Below, one piece after another: positions 28,543 to 38,565 of a stretch of DNA of 64,000 nucleotides. The stretch comes from Spirochaetia bacterium (GTDB taxonomy: Bacteria > Spirochaetota > Spirochaetia > CADAEX01): assembly GCA_045606105.1 (NCBI GenBank), contig JAZURI010000002.1:128001-192000 (forward strand), written 5' to 3'. Below the pieces are notes generated by a model that worked only from the letters and a program-made list of their open reading frames with translations, made no database searches and had not been told where the DNA came from. Numbering within the stretch: the stretch's first letter is position 1; every line of letters begins with the position of its first letter. Made by a program: the position numbers and the translations under genes.

Positions 28543-28781
28543 TGAAAAAGAGTACCGTCCTGATAATCGGCGCGCTTACGGGACTGATTATCGGTTATCT
28601 TGTTTTTGCAAAGACAGGAAACAGCTATATTGAGCTGAAAACCCTGGTTCTTCCTGCAAAAAATGCCCTGGTCAAGGCTTTAAACAAGATCGGCGACCTT
28701 AATACCGTAAGAATCCAGATTCTGGCCTGCGGTGCTGCAGGTGCCATACTCAGCATGCTGCTTTTCAGAAAGAAAAAATAA
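28542..28781 (+). CDS. small hypothetical membrane protein
   Basis: GGAGG RBS, TGATG coupling, two hydrophobic segments. Confidence 0.65.
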   Translation: MKKSTVLIIGALTGLIIGYLVFAKTGNSYIELKTLVLPAKNALVKALNKIGDLNTVRIQILACGAAGAILSMLLFRKKK

Positions 28782-28784
28782 ATA

Positions 28785-29726
28785 TCAGAAGGGCCGGCCG
28801 CAGGCTTTCGGGGCTGAGCTCTTTCTTGATGAAAACACAAGGGCAATCAATGTAGCTATATACGGAAACGCACCGAATACGGCTGTAGGGATATCCTGCA
28901 GCCCCGGAAAAACCCGTCCCATATTAGATACAGTCATACAAATACCGAAAAAGAAGGATGTCCCCAGTATTCCCAGCGGATTCCAGTGACCGAAAATCAT
29001 TGCTGCAATAGCAAGAAATCCCAAACCGTTCATACCTGCTACGGCATTGAAATCTCCGGCATAAGTTACAAGAACACATGCACCTGCAAGCCCGGAAAAC
29101 AATCCTGAAGCCATTACCCCCAGATATCTCATTTTTATAACATTTATTCCTGCGGAAGCAACGGCAGAAGGATGTTCACCGCACCCCCTGAGCCTGAGAC
29201 CGAAACTTGTCCTGTAAAGAAGAAAAAACATCATTCCCCATAGTATCAGGCAAAGATATGTGGACCAGTATACATTGGAAAAGAGAAGCGGACCTATAAC
29301 CGGGATTTCTGACAGAAGAGGTACATCTGTCCTGATGATTCCTCTGGTAATGTGAATATTTCCGGCACCTGTAATAACCTTGGCCATAAAGACTGTTAAC
29401 GAAGAGGCAAGCATATTGACAGCAATTCCGGATATTATCTGGTCTGCCTTGAGATTGACTGCGGCAAATGCATAAAGAAGAGAAAAGATTACCCCTCCTG
29501 ACATAGCTGCCAATATTCCCAGAACAACAGACAATGTAAAGGAAATCCCCGATTCCTGAAGAAGCATTACAGTCAGTGCTGAAACAAAGCATCCGATAAG
29601 CATGAGTCCCTCTATACAGAGATTTGTAACTCCGGACCTTTCGCATATAAGACATCCCAGAGCTGCCATCAGCAGAGGCATGGTATATGTGACGGAATTC
29701 TGAAAAATAGAATAAATTATTTCCAT
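28785..29726 (-). CDS. nucleoside/sugar ABC transporter permease
   Basis: ERSGVTNLCIEG, GLRLRGCGEHP, GFLAIAAMIFG. Confidence 0.9.
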   Translation of the reverse strand: MEIIYSIFQNSVTYTMPLLMAALGCLICERSGVTNLCIEGLMLIGCFVSALTVMLLQESGISFTLSVVLGILAAMSGGVIFSLLYAFAAVNLKADQIISGIAVNMLASSLTVFMAKVITGAGNIHITRGIIRTDVPLLSEIPVIGPLLFSNVYWSTYLCLILWGMMFFLLYRTSFGLRLRGCGEHPSAVASAGINVIKMRYLGVMASGLFSGLAGACVLVTYAGDFNAVAGMNGLGFLAIAAMIFGHWNPLGILGTSFFFGICMTVSNMGRVFPGLQDIPTAVFGAFPYIATLIALVFSSRKSSAPKACGRPF

Positions 29727-30793
29727 AAATGCTTTCTCCCGATAATGAATGCGGATATTCTTTTTCCGTATCCCGCAAAAAGGACACTTACGGCACTGCT
29801 GTAAATTATTACCGCTATTACGGTATCGACAAGATCCTGAGGAATTCCCATGACAGCCAGTGACCCGGAAGCCATTCTCAGGATACCGAAGAATAAAGCA
29901 GAAAAGAGGATTCCCACAGGGTTGCAGTTTCCAAGAAGCGCCACGGCAATTCCGTTGAACCCTTCGGAAGGCATGATACCTATCACAATACTGTCAGTAT
30001 AACCGCAGTACATGGTCACACCGGCAAGACCGGCAAGAACACCGGAAATGAACATTGTCGTAATTATGGTAGATGATACATTGATACCGGCATATTCAGC
30101 ACAGCTTCTGTTGGCCCCTACTGCTTTCAGTCTGAAACCGAGTGTACTCCTGTCCAGAATAAACTTCACCGCAAAAACCATAATGAGTGCTATTATCAGT
30201 CCGTAATTAAGGGTGGAATATAGGGTCAGTTCCCGGATCCATTCCGCACTCAGGGTTTTTTCTACAGGAAGAGAGGCGGATCTGATGAGAACAGAGGGAT
30301 TACAGATAAATCTTGGAACAGCATCATATACAATCCAATAGGCAACCCAGTTCATCATGATTGTGGAAACAACTTCATGGACATTGTACCTGGCTTTAAG
30401 AAAACCGGCTACAATACTCCATAAGCCTCCTGTTGCCGCTGCTGTAACCACAATGATAAGAATGGTTATTATCCTTGGTACGGAATCCGGAAGGTAGGCG
30501 GCTGCAAGGGAGGCTGCCAGTCCTCCCATAATCATCTGCCCTGCGATACCTATATTGAAAAGCCCGCATCTGAAGGCAAAAGCAAATGAGAGTCCTGTCA
30601 GTATAAGCTGGGTTGCACATCCCAGAGTACAGGCAATTCTTCTTCCGGTAGCCAGAGCTCCGAAAAAGATCTCATAAAGCCCCACAAAAGGATTCTTCCC
30701 TACACAGGCTATAAAAATCATACCGGCGGCAAGTCCTGCGGTTACTGCCATAAGAGATGTAATAATTACAGAAAGTTTTTTAGACTCACCCAT
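29717..30793 (-). CDS. nucleoside/sugar ABC transporter permease
   Basis: GLFNIGIAGQ, HEVVSTIMMN, GFNGIAVALLG. Confidence 0.9.
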   Translation of the reverse strand: MGESKKLSVIITSLMAVTAGLAAGMIFIACVGKNPFVGLYEIFFGALATGRRIACTLGCATQLILTGLSFAFAFRCGLFNIGIAGQMIMGGLAASLAAAYLPDSVPRIITILIIVVTAAATGGLWSIVAGFLKARYNVHEVVSTIMMNWVAYWIVYDAVPRFICNPSVLIRSASLPVEKTLSAEWIRELTLYSTLNYGLIIALIMVFAVKFILDRSTLGFRLKAVGANRSCAEYAGINVSSTIITTMFISGVLAGLAGVTMYCGYTDSIVIGIMPSEGFNGIAVALLGNCNPVGILFSALFFGILRMASGSLAVMGIPQDLVDTVIAVIIYSSAVSVLFAGYGKRISAFIIGRKHLWK

Positions 30794-32309
30794 TTTTTAT
30801 TCCTGTCATCATAAGTCCCACCGCATTTATATCGGTTTCTTCTCTTTTTACTATATCAATGATTTGTCCGCTGTTTATTACTGCAATACGGTCGGAAAGA
30901 TTGAATATTTCATCAAGTTCAAAGGATATCAGAAGAACCCCTTTTCCCTTGTCACGCTGCTCCACTATCATTCTGTGGATAAAACTGACAGCACCTACAT
31001 CAAGTCCCCTTGTAGGCTGAACTGCCAGAAGAAGGTCGGGGTTTTCCGTTATCTCCCTTCCGATAATCATTTTCTGCTGATTTCCGCCGGAAAGAGAACC
31101 TGCGCTGCTGTCAGCACCTTCTCCGCACCTTACATCGAAAGTATCAATTATTTTTTCTGCATGACGGGTTATTTCATCAAAACAGAGGATATTGTTGCTT
31201 GAAAATTTCCCGGTATAATATTTTTTTATCACGGCATTGAATGAGAGTGAAAAATCGGGAACCAGACCTCTTTTCAGCCGGTCTTCGGGAATATGTCCCA
31301 ATCCACCTTCATTTCTTTCCCTGACACTGAGGGATGTTATGTTACGGCCGGAAAGAATTATGCTTCCTTCCGATATCCTGATGAGACCGGCCACCGCTTC
31401 CGCAAGTTCAGTCTGCCCATTGCCTGAAACTCCGGCAATTCCCAGGATTTCTCCCTTCCGCACATCCAGGGATAAATTGTTTACAACCTTCACCCCTTTT
31501 TTGTCAACAATACTGATGTTCTTGATTTCAAGAACCTTGTTTCCGGGAACGGAAGGCTTTTTTTCCAAACTCAATGATACCGGGTGCCCAACCATCAGTG
31601 ATGCCATTTCCTGTACTCCCACCGAAGCCACATCCACTGTATCTATATATTTTCCACGCCTTATAATGGTACATTTTCCTGCCAGGGTTTTTATTTCCGC
31701 CAGCTTGTGGGTAATAAGTATGACTGATTTTCCTTCGGCAGCCAAAGCTCTGATGATTTTTATGAATTCCTTTGTTTCAGACAGAGTAAGGACTGCCGTA
31801 GGTTCGTCAAACAGAAGAATATCGGCATCCCTGTACAGCATCCTGATTATTTCCACCCGCTGCTGCATCCCCACGGTAATATCCGATATCTTCATGTCAG
31901 GTTCTATCATAAGTCCGTACTTTTCCGATATTTTCCTGATTCTGCGGCCGGCTTCCTCCAGGTTGTATACAAAACCTCCCTCATTTCCCATAATAATGTT
32001 TTCAGCAACGGTAAAATTATCCATAAGCTGAAAATGCTGGTGAACCATTCCGATGCCGAGTTCGAAAGCATCCTTGGGACTCCTTATGACAACATCCTTC
32101 CCTCTTATCCTTATCCTGCCGCTGTCAGGTTTTACCAGACCGAAAAGGATATTCATGAGAGTGGATTTACCGGCTCCGTTTTCCCCCAGAAGTGCGTGAA
32201 TCTCCCCTTTTGCCACCTTGATGGTTATATTATCATTAGCTTTTATCCCGGGAAAACTCTTGCAGATTCCTATCATTTCTATTTCATATCCGTTGCTATT
32301 CTCTGACAA
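30786..32309 (-). CDS. ABC ATPase with two NBDs (CUT2/nucleoside type)
   Basis: GENGAGKST, DEPT, LSGGNQQK, QPTRGLDVG. Confidence 0.94.
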   Translation of the reverse strand: MSENSNGYEIEMIGICKSFPGIKANDNITIKVAKGEIHALLGENGAGKSTLMNILFGLVKPDSGRIRIRGKDVVIRSPKDAFELGIGMVHQHFQLMDNFTVAENIIMGNEGGFVYNLEEAGRRIRKISEKYGLMIEPDMKISDITVGMQQRVEIIRMLYRDADILLFDEPTAVLTLSETKEFIKIIRALAAEGKSVILITHKLAEIKTLAGKCTIIRRGKYIDTVDVASVGVQEMASLMVGHPVSLSLEKKPSVPGNKVLEIKNISIVDKKGVKVVNNLSLDVRKGEILGIAGVSGNGQTELAEAVAGLIRISEGSIILSGRNITSLSVRERNEGGLGHIPEDRLKRGLVPDFSLSFNAVIKKYYTGKFSSNNILCFDEITRHAEKIIDTFDVRCGEGADSSAGSLSGGNQQKMIIGREITENPDLLLAVQPTRGLDVGAVSFIHRMIVEQRDKGKGVLLISFELDEIFNLSDRIAVINSGQIIDIVKREETDINAVGLMMTGIKNG

Positions 32310-33318
32310 TTAATTCTCCCTCTGATATCTTTCTTATGACCTCTTCCAGGCTCCTTAATGTTTCATCGGAAAGATTCGGATTATTTTCCGGAATACCCAT
32401 TCCGCCGTTATTCACCCCATGATATTTTATTTCACCGCCGGGAAAATTTCCGGCAATGTAATCCAGGGCATTCCTATAGGCTACCAGAGAGACATTTTTT
32501 ATTGCCGATGTAAGTATACATGATGTCCCGTCTCCCAGCTCTCCCAGACTGTATTGGTCGGAATCGACTCCGATAACCCAGACCTTGTTACCTTTCAACC
32601 TTCTGTTCTTTGCCTCGTTTATCACCCCTAAACCGGTGGAGCCTGCAGCGGCAAAGACAGCCTTGACCCCTTTTGAATAAAGAGCATTTCCCAGCTGACT
32701 GCCCAGAGCCATATCATTGAAAGAGCCGGCATAAATAAAATTGCTCCTGTCTATGATTATATTTGTTCCCAGATTACGGTTTGCATATTCAATACCCTGA
32801 ATAAAACCGTTTTCATAACGGATAACCGGAGGAAGCTTTACTCCGCCGACAAAACCAAGCAGTCCTTCCTTTATTTCCAGTGAGGAAGCCACTCCGACCA
32901 GAAATCCTCCCTGCTCTTCCCTGAATATGTTTACGGAAACATTCTTTGAAGGGGCTTCCTGAGGAGTAATATCTACAAGTGAAAGGGAAAGTTCCGGATA
33001 ATATCCTGCAGCTATATCAACTATATCAGAAAAGGCATATCCCGGCAGTACAATAAAGCCGTACCCCCGGTCATAAAGATCTGTAAGGCTTGAAATCCTT
33101 TCGGCTACCGACAGGTCTGCAGGTTTGAGATATGTTACCACTGCCCCGGTTTCAGATCCTGCTTTCAGAAGCCCTTCATGGATACCCTGATTGAAGCAAC
33201 GGTCATCCACACCGCCCATATCCACCAGCATCCCCAGCCGGACTCCCTGTTCCTCCTTGCCGCGGCAGGCTGCAAAAAGGACCAGAATCAAAGCAATCAG
33301 AACCAGAATTCTTTTCAT
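32296..33318 (-). CDS. BMP-family (PnrA/TmpC-like) substrate-binding lipoprotein
   Basis: MKRILVLIALILVLFAA-C lipobox, GGVDDRCFNQ, WVIGVDSDQ; start at ATG 33318. Confidence 0.9.
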   Translation of the reverse strand: MKRILVLIALILVLFAACRGKEEQGVRLGMLVDMGGVDDRCFNQGIHEGLLKAGSETGAVVTYLKPADLSVAERISSLTDLYDRGYGFIVLPGYAFSDIVDIAAGYYPELSLSLVDITPQEAPSKNVSVNIFREEQGGFLVGVASSLEIKEGLLGFVGGVKLPPVIRYENGFIQGIEYANRNLGTNIIIDRSNFIYAGSFNDMALGSQLGNALYSKGVKAVFAAAGSTGLGVINEAKNRRLKGNKVWVIGVDSDQYSLGELGDGTSCILTSAIKNVSLVAYRNALDYIAGNFPGGEIKYHGVNNGGMGIPENNPNLSDETLRSLEEVIRKISEGELIVRE

Positions 33319-33403
33319 GTTCACAGTATATAACAAAATTATTGTAATTGGAAGAAAAAGGTTATATATTATTAATATAATAATAAAAGATCGAGGTTTT
33401 ATC

Positions 33404-33607
33404 ATGCCTACTTATGTATATGAATGCTGCAGCTGCGGAAAGGTTTCCGAGGTTTTTCAGTCCATGTCTGACGAGCCTCTGACAACATGTGAAAAATGCG
33501 GCGGAAAGATAAAAAGAATCATTCCCGGAGGCTCATCCGTAGGAATCGTGTTCAAGGGCAGCGGATTCTATTCCACTGACAATTCCCGTTCCGGAGGTAA
33601 ATCCTGA
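33404..33607 (+). CDS. FmdB-family zinc-ribbon protein
   Basis: MPTYVYEC..C...C..CGG..FKGSGFYSTD; GAGG RBS. Confidence 0.9.
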   Translation: MPTYVYECCSCGKVSEVFQSMSDEPLTTCEKCGGKIKRIIPGGSSVGIVFKGSGFYSTDNSRSGGKS

Positions 33608-33609
33608 AA

Positions 33610-34431
33610 ATGGAATTTCTGAACAATACCCTTTTTACGATAGGTCATCTTGAAATATCAATACTGACCATACTCATGCTTTTCCCTATTTTCATCGTTT
33701 CTGCGGTGATGGGAAAGATATTCGGAAAGATAGTAAAGAGATCTCTGAAAAACCATAAAGGACATTTAAGCGATTCATCCCGCTTCAGGATGGAAAAGAT
33801 AACCCAGTACGGGGTTTCTATAATTGCCGTGTTCACCGGTCTTACCATGATAGGAATCGACCTTTCCGTCATAGCCGTGGTTTTCGGTACACTGGGTATC
33901 GGTATCGGTTTCGGTCTCCAGAACTTCATTGCCAACTTCTCGGCCGGACTTATCATTTTCTTTACCAGCCCCATCAAGGAGGGAGACCGTATCACAGTAG
34001 GAACCCAGGAGGGCTATGTTATCAAGATTAACACCATTTCGACCATAGTAAACACACTTATGGATGAAACCATGGTGGTTCCAAACTCCCTGCTCATATC
34101 TGATGTGATTTTCAATCACACCTTTACAGGAAGCGATGTATGTATCGAGAATACAATTATTATTGATTATGCGGCAGATGTGGACAAGGCCCTTGCAGTA
34201 ATGTCCGACGAGCTGAAAAAATGTCCTTATCTCCTTCCGGGATGTGAACCTGATGTCAGGGTTTCATCATTTGAGGAAATAGGTATAAAGCTGGTTTCTT
34301 ATATTTCTATAAGGGATGTAAAGGATAAGGGACGTGCCAGAGCCTGCAACAACCTGAATATACTTCACGCTTTCCAGGATAAGGACATCCCTCTTCCGAC
34401 AAGAAGAATAAATGTGATGGTTAAGAGTTAA
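33610..34431 (+). CDS. MscS-family mechanosensitive channel
   Basis: GIGIGFGLQNFIANF, PIKEGD, VPNS. Confidence 0.9.
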   Translation: MEFLNNTLFTIGHLEISILTILMLFPIFIVSAVMGKIFGKIVKRSLKNHKGHLSDSSRFRMEKITQYGVSIIAVFTGLTMIGIDLSVIAVVFGTLGIGIGFGLQNFIANFSAGLIIFFTSPIKEGDRITVGTQEGYVIKINTISTIVNTLMDETMVVPNSLLISDVIFNHTFTGSDVCIENTIIIDYAADVDKALAVMSDELKKCPYLLPGCEPDVRVSSFEEIGIKLVSYISIRDVKDKGRARACNNLNILHAFQDKDIPLPTRRINVMVKS

Positions 34432-34984
34432 CTCTTTCCTGATATTCCTTTGTCTCTGTATTTACAAGAATCTTCTCTCCTTCCTTGATGAAAAGAGGAA
34501 CTCTTACTGTAAGACCGGTTTCAATCTTAACAGGCTTGGTTGTCTTTGTAACTGTATCGCCCTTGATGCCTTCGCTGGCTTCTGTTACCTTGAATACCAT
34601 CTTTGCAGGAAGCTTGATATCAATAGGTCTGTCTTCCCATCTTACTACTCTGTAATCCTGACCCTCAAGCATGAAATAGATCTTGTCCTCAAGACCTTCT
34701 CTTGGAACAGGGAACTGTTCGAAGGTTTCACCTTCCATGAAGTAGTAGTTTTCATCATCTGCGTACATGTACTGGCAGTTGGTTTCTGTTACAGAGATTT
34801 CTTCAGCTGATTCGTTTGTCTTCATTACAGTTGCAAGACCCTGATTGTTCAGAAGGTTCTTGAGCTTGAGACGAACAAATGCGGAACCCTTTCCAGGGTT
34901 TACGAATTCTCTTTCAACTACAAGATATGGCGCATCCTTAACCAGGAGGAACATTCCTTTGTCAATTGCTCCGGCTTTAATCAT
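34421..34984 (-). CDS. efp: elongation factor P
   Basis: VNPGKGSAFVR, KGDT, VPLFIKEG. Confidence 0.96.
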   Translation of the reverse strand: MIKAGAIDKGMFLLVKDAPYLVVEREFVNPGKGSAFVRLKLKNLLNNQGLATVMKTNESAEEISVTETNCQYMYADDENYYFMEGETFEQFPVPREGLEDKIYFMLEGQDYRVVRWEDRPIDIKLPAKMVFKVTEASEGIKGDTVTKTTKPVKIETGLTVRVPLFIKEGEKILVNTETKEYQERVNS

Positions 34985-35122
34985 TTTTATACCTCAAATT
35001 AATAGATTATATATAGTGATTTTATATTTTTATCATAATTAATAACTTTAAACAACAGTTTTTATTTGCAATTTAATAAAATAGATTGTAAAATTATAAT
35101 ATAAACGAAAAGGAAGGTACTT

Positions 35123-35950
35123 ATGGCAATTATTACAATAGCCAGACAGGAAGGAAGTCTCAGCAACGAAATAGCTCTCGAACTGGCTTCCAGGCTGGGT
35201 TGCCAGTGTGTTGCAAACGACCTTATAGTACAGGAGCTTACAACAAAATACGGCATAGATGAAAAGGCCATCAACAAATACGATGAAAAGAAGCCGGGTC
35301 TCCTTGCAAGTCTTACAAACCAGCATGATAAATACAACAACTATTTCAAGCTTTATTTCCTTGAGAAAGCAATCAGCTCCCCTAAATGTATACTTCTGGG
35401 AAGAGGCGGTGCATTTTTTCTCAGGAATGTTCCGGGGGTCCTCAGGATCAGGGTTGTGGGAAACGAGAATCTCAGGGTCCGGAGAATGATGAAGATCAAG
35501 AACATCGATGAGAAGGCTGCAAGAAAGCATGTGGCACTCAGGGACAACGAAAGAGCCGGCTATACAAGGTTCTTCTACAACATGTCATGGGATGATCCGG
35601 GCTCCTACGATATTGTCATCAATACCGACAATCTCACTCCCGATACCATTGCGGCATTCCTTGAAGGAACCATCAATCATTATGAAACCGAGGAATATAC
35701 CGAAAAGCTGGTAACCAGGTTAAATGAGCTCTATATCGCCCAGAAGCTTACCATCCATCTTCTTTACGAGGAAAAGATTCCTATCCATTTCCTTGAAGTC
35801 GATGTGCAGGGAGATCATGTAATTCTCATGGGAACTGTTGAGGTACAGGGTCTTATCGAGCAGGCCGGGGTTGTGGCATCCCAGTATCCGGGAATCAGGA
35901 GCGTTGACAACAAGATAGTCTTTGTCAGCAGCTACCCTCCTATGGCATAG
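35123..35950 (+). CDS. cytidylate-kinase-like family protein with C-terminal BON domain
   Basis: IITIARQEGS, GRGG, YDIVINT; C-terminal V.L.G.V....PGIRSVDNKI. Confidence 0.82.
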   Translation: MAIITIARQEGSLSNEIALELASRLGCQCVANDLIVQELTTKYGIDEKAINKYDEKKPGLLASLTNQHDKYNNYFKLYFLEKAISSPKCILLGRGGAFFLRNVPGVLRIRVVGNENLRVRRMMKIKNIDEKAARKHVALRDNERAGYTRFFYNMSWDDPGSYDIVINTDNLTPDTIAAFLEGTINHYETEEYTEKLVTRLNELYIAQKLTIHLLYEEKIPIHFLEVDVQGDHVILMGTVEVQGLIEQAGVVASQYPGIRSVDNKIVFVSSYPPMA

Positions 35951-36785
35951 GAACAGTAAAGTCCTGAAGCTCCAGGCAATATATGTTTTTTCCGGATTCT
36001 CCGGAGGATATGGTTTCCAGGGCGGTTATGAAGGCTGCCTTGAAATCATAGTACAATATTCTTTTCACCTTTTTCCTTTCCCGATCCGAAAGAAATTCAG
36101 GATATGAGTGATAGTTTATCAGGGTAATCCTGTTATCCTCGCTGATATTTTCATTGGAGAGCGTGGAGAGAACCTTTCCTGCAGTTATCAGGATTTCAGC
36201 TTTTTCCTTTCCGAAAATCTCCTTTGTGCTTCCCTCCTGCTCCAGCCGTTTTCCACGGAGGCCCTCTCCGTATCCCTTTCCGAAGGCATCGAACATGAAG
36301 CTGCACAGAGGGTTGTCGTAGTAGATGAAAAGAGTCTCCCGGCCCTCTTCCTTAATTCCGCTGCCCAGCTTTTCAAGAAAAGCTGCCCCTTTTCCCCTGA
36401 TTTCCAGACTTTCATCTATACCTGCAGCAGGACCTACAACCAGACAGTTCCTGCATATATCCTGCTTTCTTATTTCGGGAGTAAAGTAGATGTAGGGTGT
36501 AACGATAACCGGAAGCGGATTCTTCCCGGTACAGTATTTTTCTGCCGCCTCCACAAAATCCTTCTCATCCGCCACAGGAACAGGTTTAAGCCTGAATCCT
36601 TTCCCGGAGGCTGCACTGCGGAGCTCCTTCATGAAATCCTTTTCCCCGGAGGCTGAAAACAGAGGAACATCAAGAACTGCCGCTTCACTGAAATGCCTGT
36701 CATGGAGAAAGATTATTTCGGGTCTGCCGCAGCTGCCCAGCATAAGGAATGCTGTAAGAATCAGCATGAACCTGAATATTTTCAA
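35940..36785 (-). CDS. hypothetical lipoprotein
   Basis: MKIFRFMLILTAFLMLGS-C (TTG start overlapping the upstream stop). Confidence 0.72.
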   Translation of the reverse strand: MKIFRFMLILTAFLMLGSCGRPEIIFLHDRHFSEAAVLDVPLFSASGEKDFMKELRSAASGKGFRLKPVPVADEKDFVEAAEKYCTGKNPLPVIVTPYIYFTPEIRKQDICRNCLVVGPAAGIDESLEIRGKGAAFLEKLGSGIKEEGRETLFIYYDNPLCSFMFDAFGKGYGEGLRGKRLEQEGSTKEIFGKEKAEILITAGKVLSTLSNENISEDNRITLINYHSYPEFLSDRERKKVKRILYYDFKAAFITALETISSGESGKNIYCLELQDFTVPMP

Positions 36786-37432
36786 GCCTTGGACTCCGCT
36801 TTGCGGGCTGCCAGGAAGAATATGGCGGTAAATACGATAATAAGACCGGCCAGCAGCACCAGGGACTGGATCCTGTGAAAGCTGTAATAGAGTGCCGAAA
36901 CTGCGGCTGTCTCAAAAGGTACGGCAAGCATGAGAATCAGAACCGGTATCTTCATGGCAACGGTACCCTTGTAGAAGCAAGCTGTAAACAGTGCCGCAAT
37001 CACACACTGGAGAAGCATTGCTGCCGGAAGCATGAAAATAAGATAGGGATCTGCCCAATGGCCGTGGATACTGTAATAGAACTTTGCCATAACACCGACA
37101 AACATGAAAACAGCCATGAAGACGAATGTCCTGTAAAGAATACCTGAAAAGCTTTCGTTCCTGTATCCGGCTGCCATGATGAAGACCGTAATGATACCGA
37201 TGAAGTAGAAATAGAGGTGGTCATGTACCAGGTAATGATAAAAAAGGACCTTGACCGAATCATTCAGCTGAATGAAGCCTGAAAGGAACTTATATGAAAA
37301 TGCTGCCGCGAAAGCAACAAGAACTGCAATAAGAGACCGGAAAAAAAATACTGAAAAACGGCGTTCTCCGGGTATCATCAGACAACCGCCTGTCACCAGC
37401 GCCGCAAACAGGATTATCGGAAACCATATCAT
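36782..37432 (-). CDS. hypothetical multi-pass membrane protein
   Basis: About 7 hydrophobic segments. Confidence 0.75.
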   Translation of the reverse strand: MIWFPIILFAALVTGGCLMIPGERRFSVFFFRSLIAVLVAFAAAFSYKFLSGFIQLNDSVKVLFYHYLVHDHLYFYFIGIITVFIMAAGYRNESFSGILYRTFVFMAVFMFVGVMAKFYYSIHGHWADPYLIFMLPAAMLLQCVIAALFTACFYKGTVAMKIPVLILMLAVPFETAAVSALYYSFHRIQSLVLLAGLIIVFTAIFFLAARKAESKA

Positions 37433-37536
37433 ATTTTTATAATATTATTTTATTCCAAATTTTTCAATAAAACTATTTTATTTAATCACCTTTTATGATA
37501 AATTTTACTAAAATTTTTATATTAAAGAAGTGAAAT

Positions 37537-38562
37537 ATGGAAAAGAAAAACATTGATTGGGGAAATCTCGGATTTTCCTATATGCCTACTGACAAGAGAT
37601 TTGTTTCGAATTTTAAGGACGGAGCCTGGGATGAGGGTGAAATTACAGCAGATTCAACAGTAAAAATCACTGAATGTGCAGGTGTGTTCCAGTATGCCCA
37701 GACATGCTTTGAGGGTCTTAAAGCTTACACAACAGAAGACGGAAGTATCGTTACATTCCGCCCGGATCTCAACGCACAGAGAATGGAAGACAGTGCAAAA
37801 AGACTTGAAATGCCCCCTTTTCCAAAAGATCGTTTCATTCAGGCTGTAATTGATACAGTCAAAGCAAACGAAGCTTATGTTCCGCCGTACGGTTCAGGAG
37901 CAACTCTTTATATCAGACCTAACATGTTTGCAAGCAGCGCCGTTATCGGTGTAAAGCCGGCAGATGAATACCAGTTCAGAATTTTTGTTACCCCTGTAGG
38001 ACCTTACTTCAAGGGCGGTGTAAAGCCTCTTACACTCAGAGTATGTGATCTTGACAGAGCAGCACCTCACGGAACAGGACACATCAAGGCAGGACTCAAC
38101 TATGCAATGAGCCTCCATGCAATCGTGGATGCACACAACAAGGGTTTTGACGAGAACATGTATCTCGATTCCAAGACAAGATCTTTTGTTGAGGAAACAG
38201 GCGGAGCCAACTTCCTTTTTGTAACCAAGGACAACAAGGTTGTAACACCTAAGTCAAACACAATTCTCCCTTCAATCACAAGAAGATCTCTTATGATCGT
38301 AGCAAAGGATTACCTCGGTCTTGAAGTTGAAGAAAGAGAAATTTCCGTTAACGAACTCAGTGAATTTGCTGAATGCGGACTCTGCGGTACAGCTGCAGTT
38401 ATCTCTCCTGTGGGCAAGATCATTGACCACGGCAAGGAAATCTGCTTCCCAAGCGGAATGAGCGAAATGGGACCTGTAACAAAGAAACTTTACGATACAC
38501 TTACCGGAATCCAGATGGGCAGAATCGAAGCTCCTGAAGGATGGATTGTAAAGATCAAATAA
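37537..38562 (+). CDS. ilvE: branched-chain amino acid aminotransferase
   Basis: IDWGNLGF, FEGLKAY, LYIRP, KAGLNYA, ILPSITR, GTAAVISP. Confidence 0.95.
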   Translation: MEKKNIDWGNLGFSYMPTDKRFVSNFKDGAWDEGEITADSTVKITECAGVFQYAQTCFEGLKAYTTEDGSIVTFRPDLNAQRMEDSAKRLEMPPFPKDRFIQAVIDTVKANEAYVPPYGSGATLYIRPNMFASSAVIGVKPADEYQFRIFVTPVGPYFKGGVKPLTLRVCDLDRAAPHGTGHIKAGLNYAMSLHAIVDAHNKGFDENMYLDSKTRSFVEETGGANFLFVTKDNKVVTPKSNTILPSITRRSLMIVAKDYLGLEVEEREISVNELSEFAECGLCGTAAVISPVGKIIDHGKEICFPSGMSEMGPVTKKLYDTLTGIQMGRIEAPEGWIVKIK

Positions 38563-38565
38563 TTT

